From NCBI GenBank assembly GCA_903834185.1, contig CAILHX010000053.1:1-24000 (forward strand): 24,000 nt of DNA, given 5' to 3'. A model generated the notes under the pieces. It was not told the origin of the DNA and did no database searches. It saw only the letters and a list, made by a program, of their open reading frames with translations. Both the position numbers and the translations under genes were made by a program. The DNA is from an uncultured Methylophilaceae bacterium. GTDB lineage: Bacteria; Pseudomonadota; Gammaproteobacteria; Burkholderiales; Methylophilaceae. This document shows, piece by piece, positions 23,676-24,000 of this stretch. Each line of letters begins with the position of its first letter. The stretch's first letter is position 1.

Positions 23676-24000
23676 TTGGCACTCAGAGTTTTCAAACCAT
23701 CTCAACTCCTGGCACCGTATGTTGAGGCATTCTGGGATTACGAAGACCTGCTGGAAGCGCAAAGCACTTCGCTTTCCATTTTGCCCGATACCGCTTCCTA
23801 TCTCTGCTTCCTGTATCAGGATCCTCTGCAGACGGTACATCGTACTAGTGTCTACTCTACGCGTAGCGGGCTTGCGGGTTTTCAGAGCTACCGTAGCGAT
23901 CTGGGTGGTTTCGGGCGTATCTCCGGCGTATCGGCGCGGCTGACAGTATGGGGGCTAAATGCGTTCCGTCGCGGTGTTATCGTCGATTGTGCCGAGCGAC
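23676..24000 (+). CDS. Putative transcriptional regulator, AraC-family-type N-terminal domain (partial, continues beyond the window)
   Basis: Open frame from 23637 to the window edge, not in the ORF track because it has no ATG. A TTG at 23676 lies 7 nt after GGAGG. My translation MALRVFKPSQLLAPYVEAFWDYEDLLEAQSTSLSILPDTASYLCFLYQDP... resembles the ligand-domain N-terminus of AraC regulators (P..L.PYV..FW......ILPDG...L.F). The HTH domain would lie outside the window. Confidence 0.5.
   Translation, partial: MALRVFKPSQLLAPYVEAFWDYEDLLEAQSTSLSILPDTASYLCFLYQDPLQTVHRTSVYSTRSGLAGFQSYRSDLGGFGRISGVSARLTVWGLNAFRRGVIVDCAER

Noticed and set aside
23634-23943. Track ORFs 23634-23840 (-) and 23719-23943 (+)
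   Set aside because: Both overlap the third frame, which stays open to the window edge, has a GGAGG-TTG start and gives an AraC-like N-terminal sequence. The two listed ORFs have no Shine-Dalgarno sequence and implausible composition.
1-24000. CRISPR arrays, tRNA/rRNA genes, IS elements, integrases, attC or long terminal inverted repeats
   Set aside because: Reading both strands, I found no regularly spaced direct repeats, no cloverleaf-compatible segments, and no transposase or recombinase-like ORFs. The only repeated element is the 31-nt hairpin pair reported above. A computational repeat search could still find things I missed.

Overview
Almost fully coding chromosomal segment from a Gram-negative bacterium. 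Betaproteobacterial is my guess from gene content and by-eye G+C only.

Gene order, left to right:
- yqjD-yqjE-yqjK-type membrane triad (-)
- nhaA (-)
- a secreted BNR/Asp-box protein (+)
- an A+T-richer islet carrying a brnT-brnA type II toxin-antitoxin pair and an orphan 286-aa protein that reads like a PIN nuclease with a large insertion (+)
- the complete kdp locus (-): an unlisted 34-codon hydrophobic ORF, then kdpF-A-B-C-D-E
- a second A+T-rich patch with three uncharacterised exported or membrane proteins
- a PCu(A)C copper chaperone (-), divergent from regB-regA (+)
- a translationally coupled operon of TonB-dependent receptor, PepSY protein, tonB, exbB and exbD (-), divergent from a TTG-initiated AraC-like regulator that runs off the window and is absent from the ORF track

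I saw no rRNA, tRNA, CRISPR array, IS element or integrase.

Most of the window is ordinary core metabolism and transport. The best novelty candidates are:
- the brnTA plus extended-PIN islet (3.9-5.4 kb)
- the extra small ORF coupled to kdpF
- the duplicated RegA-type boxes between PCu(A)C and regB
- the unknown exported proteins at 13.7-15.2 kb
- a structured repeat whose two copies differ by compensatory stem changes

All family assignments come from reading motifs by eye. No database search was run.
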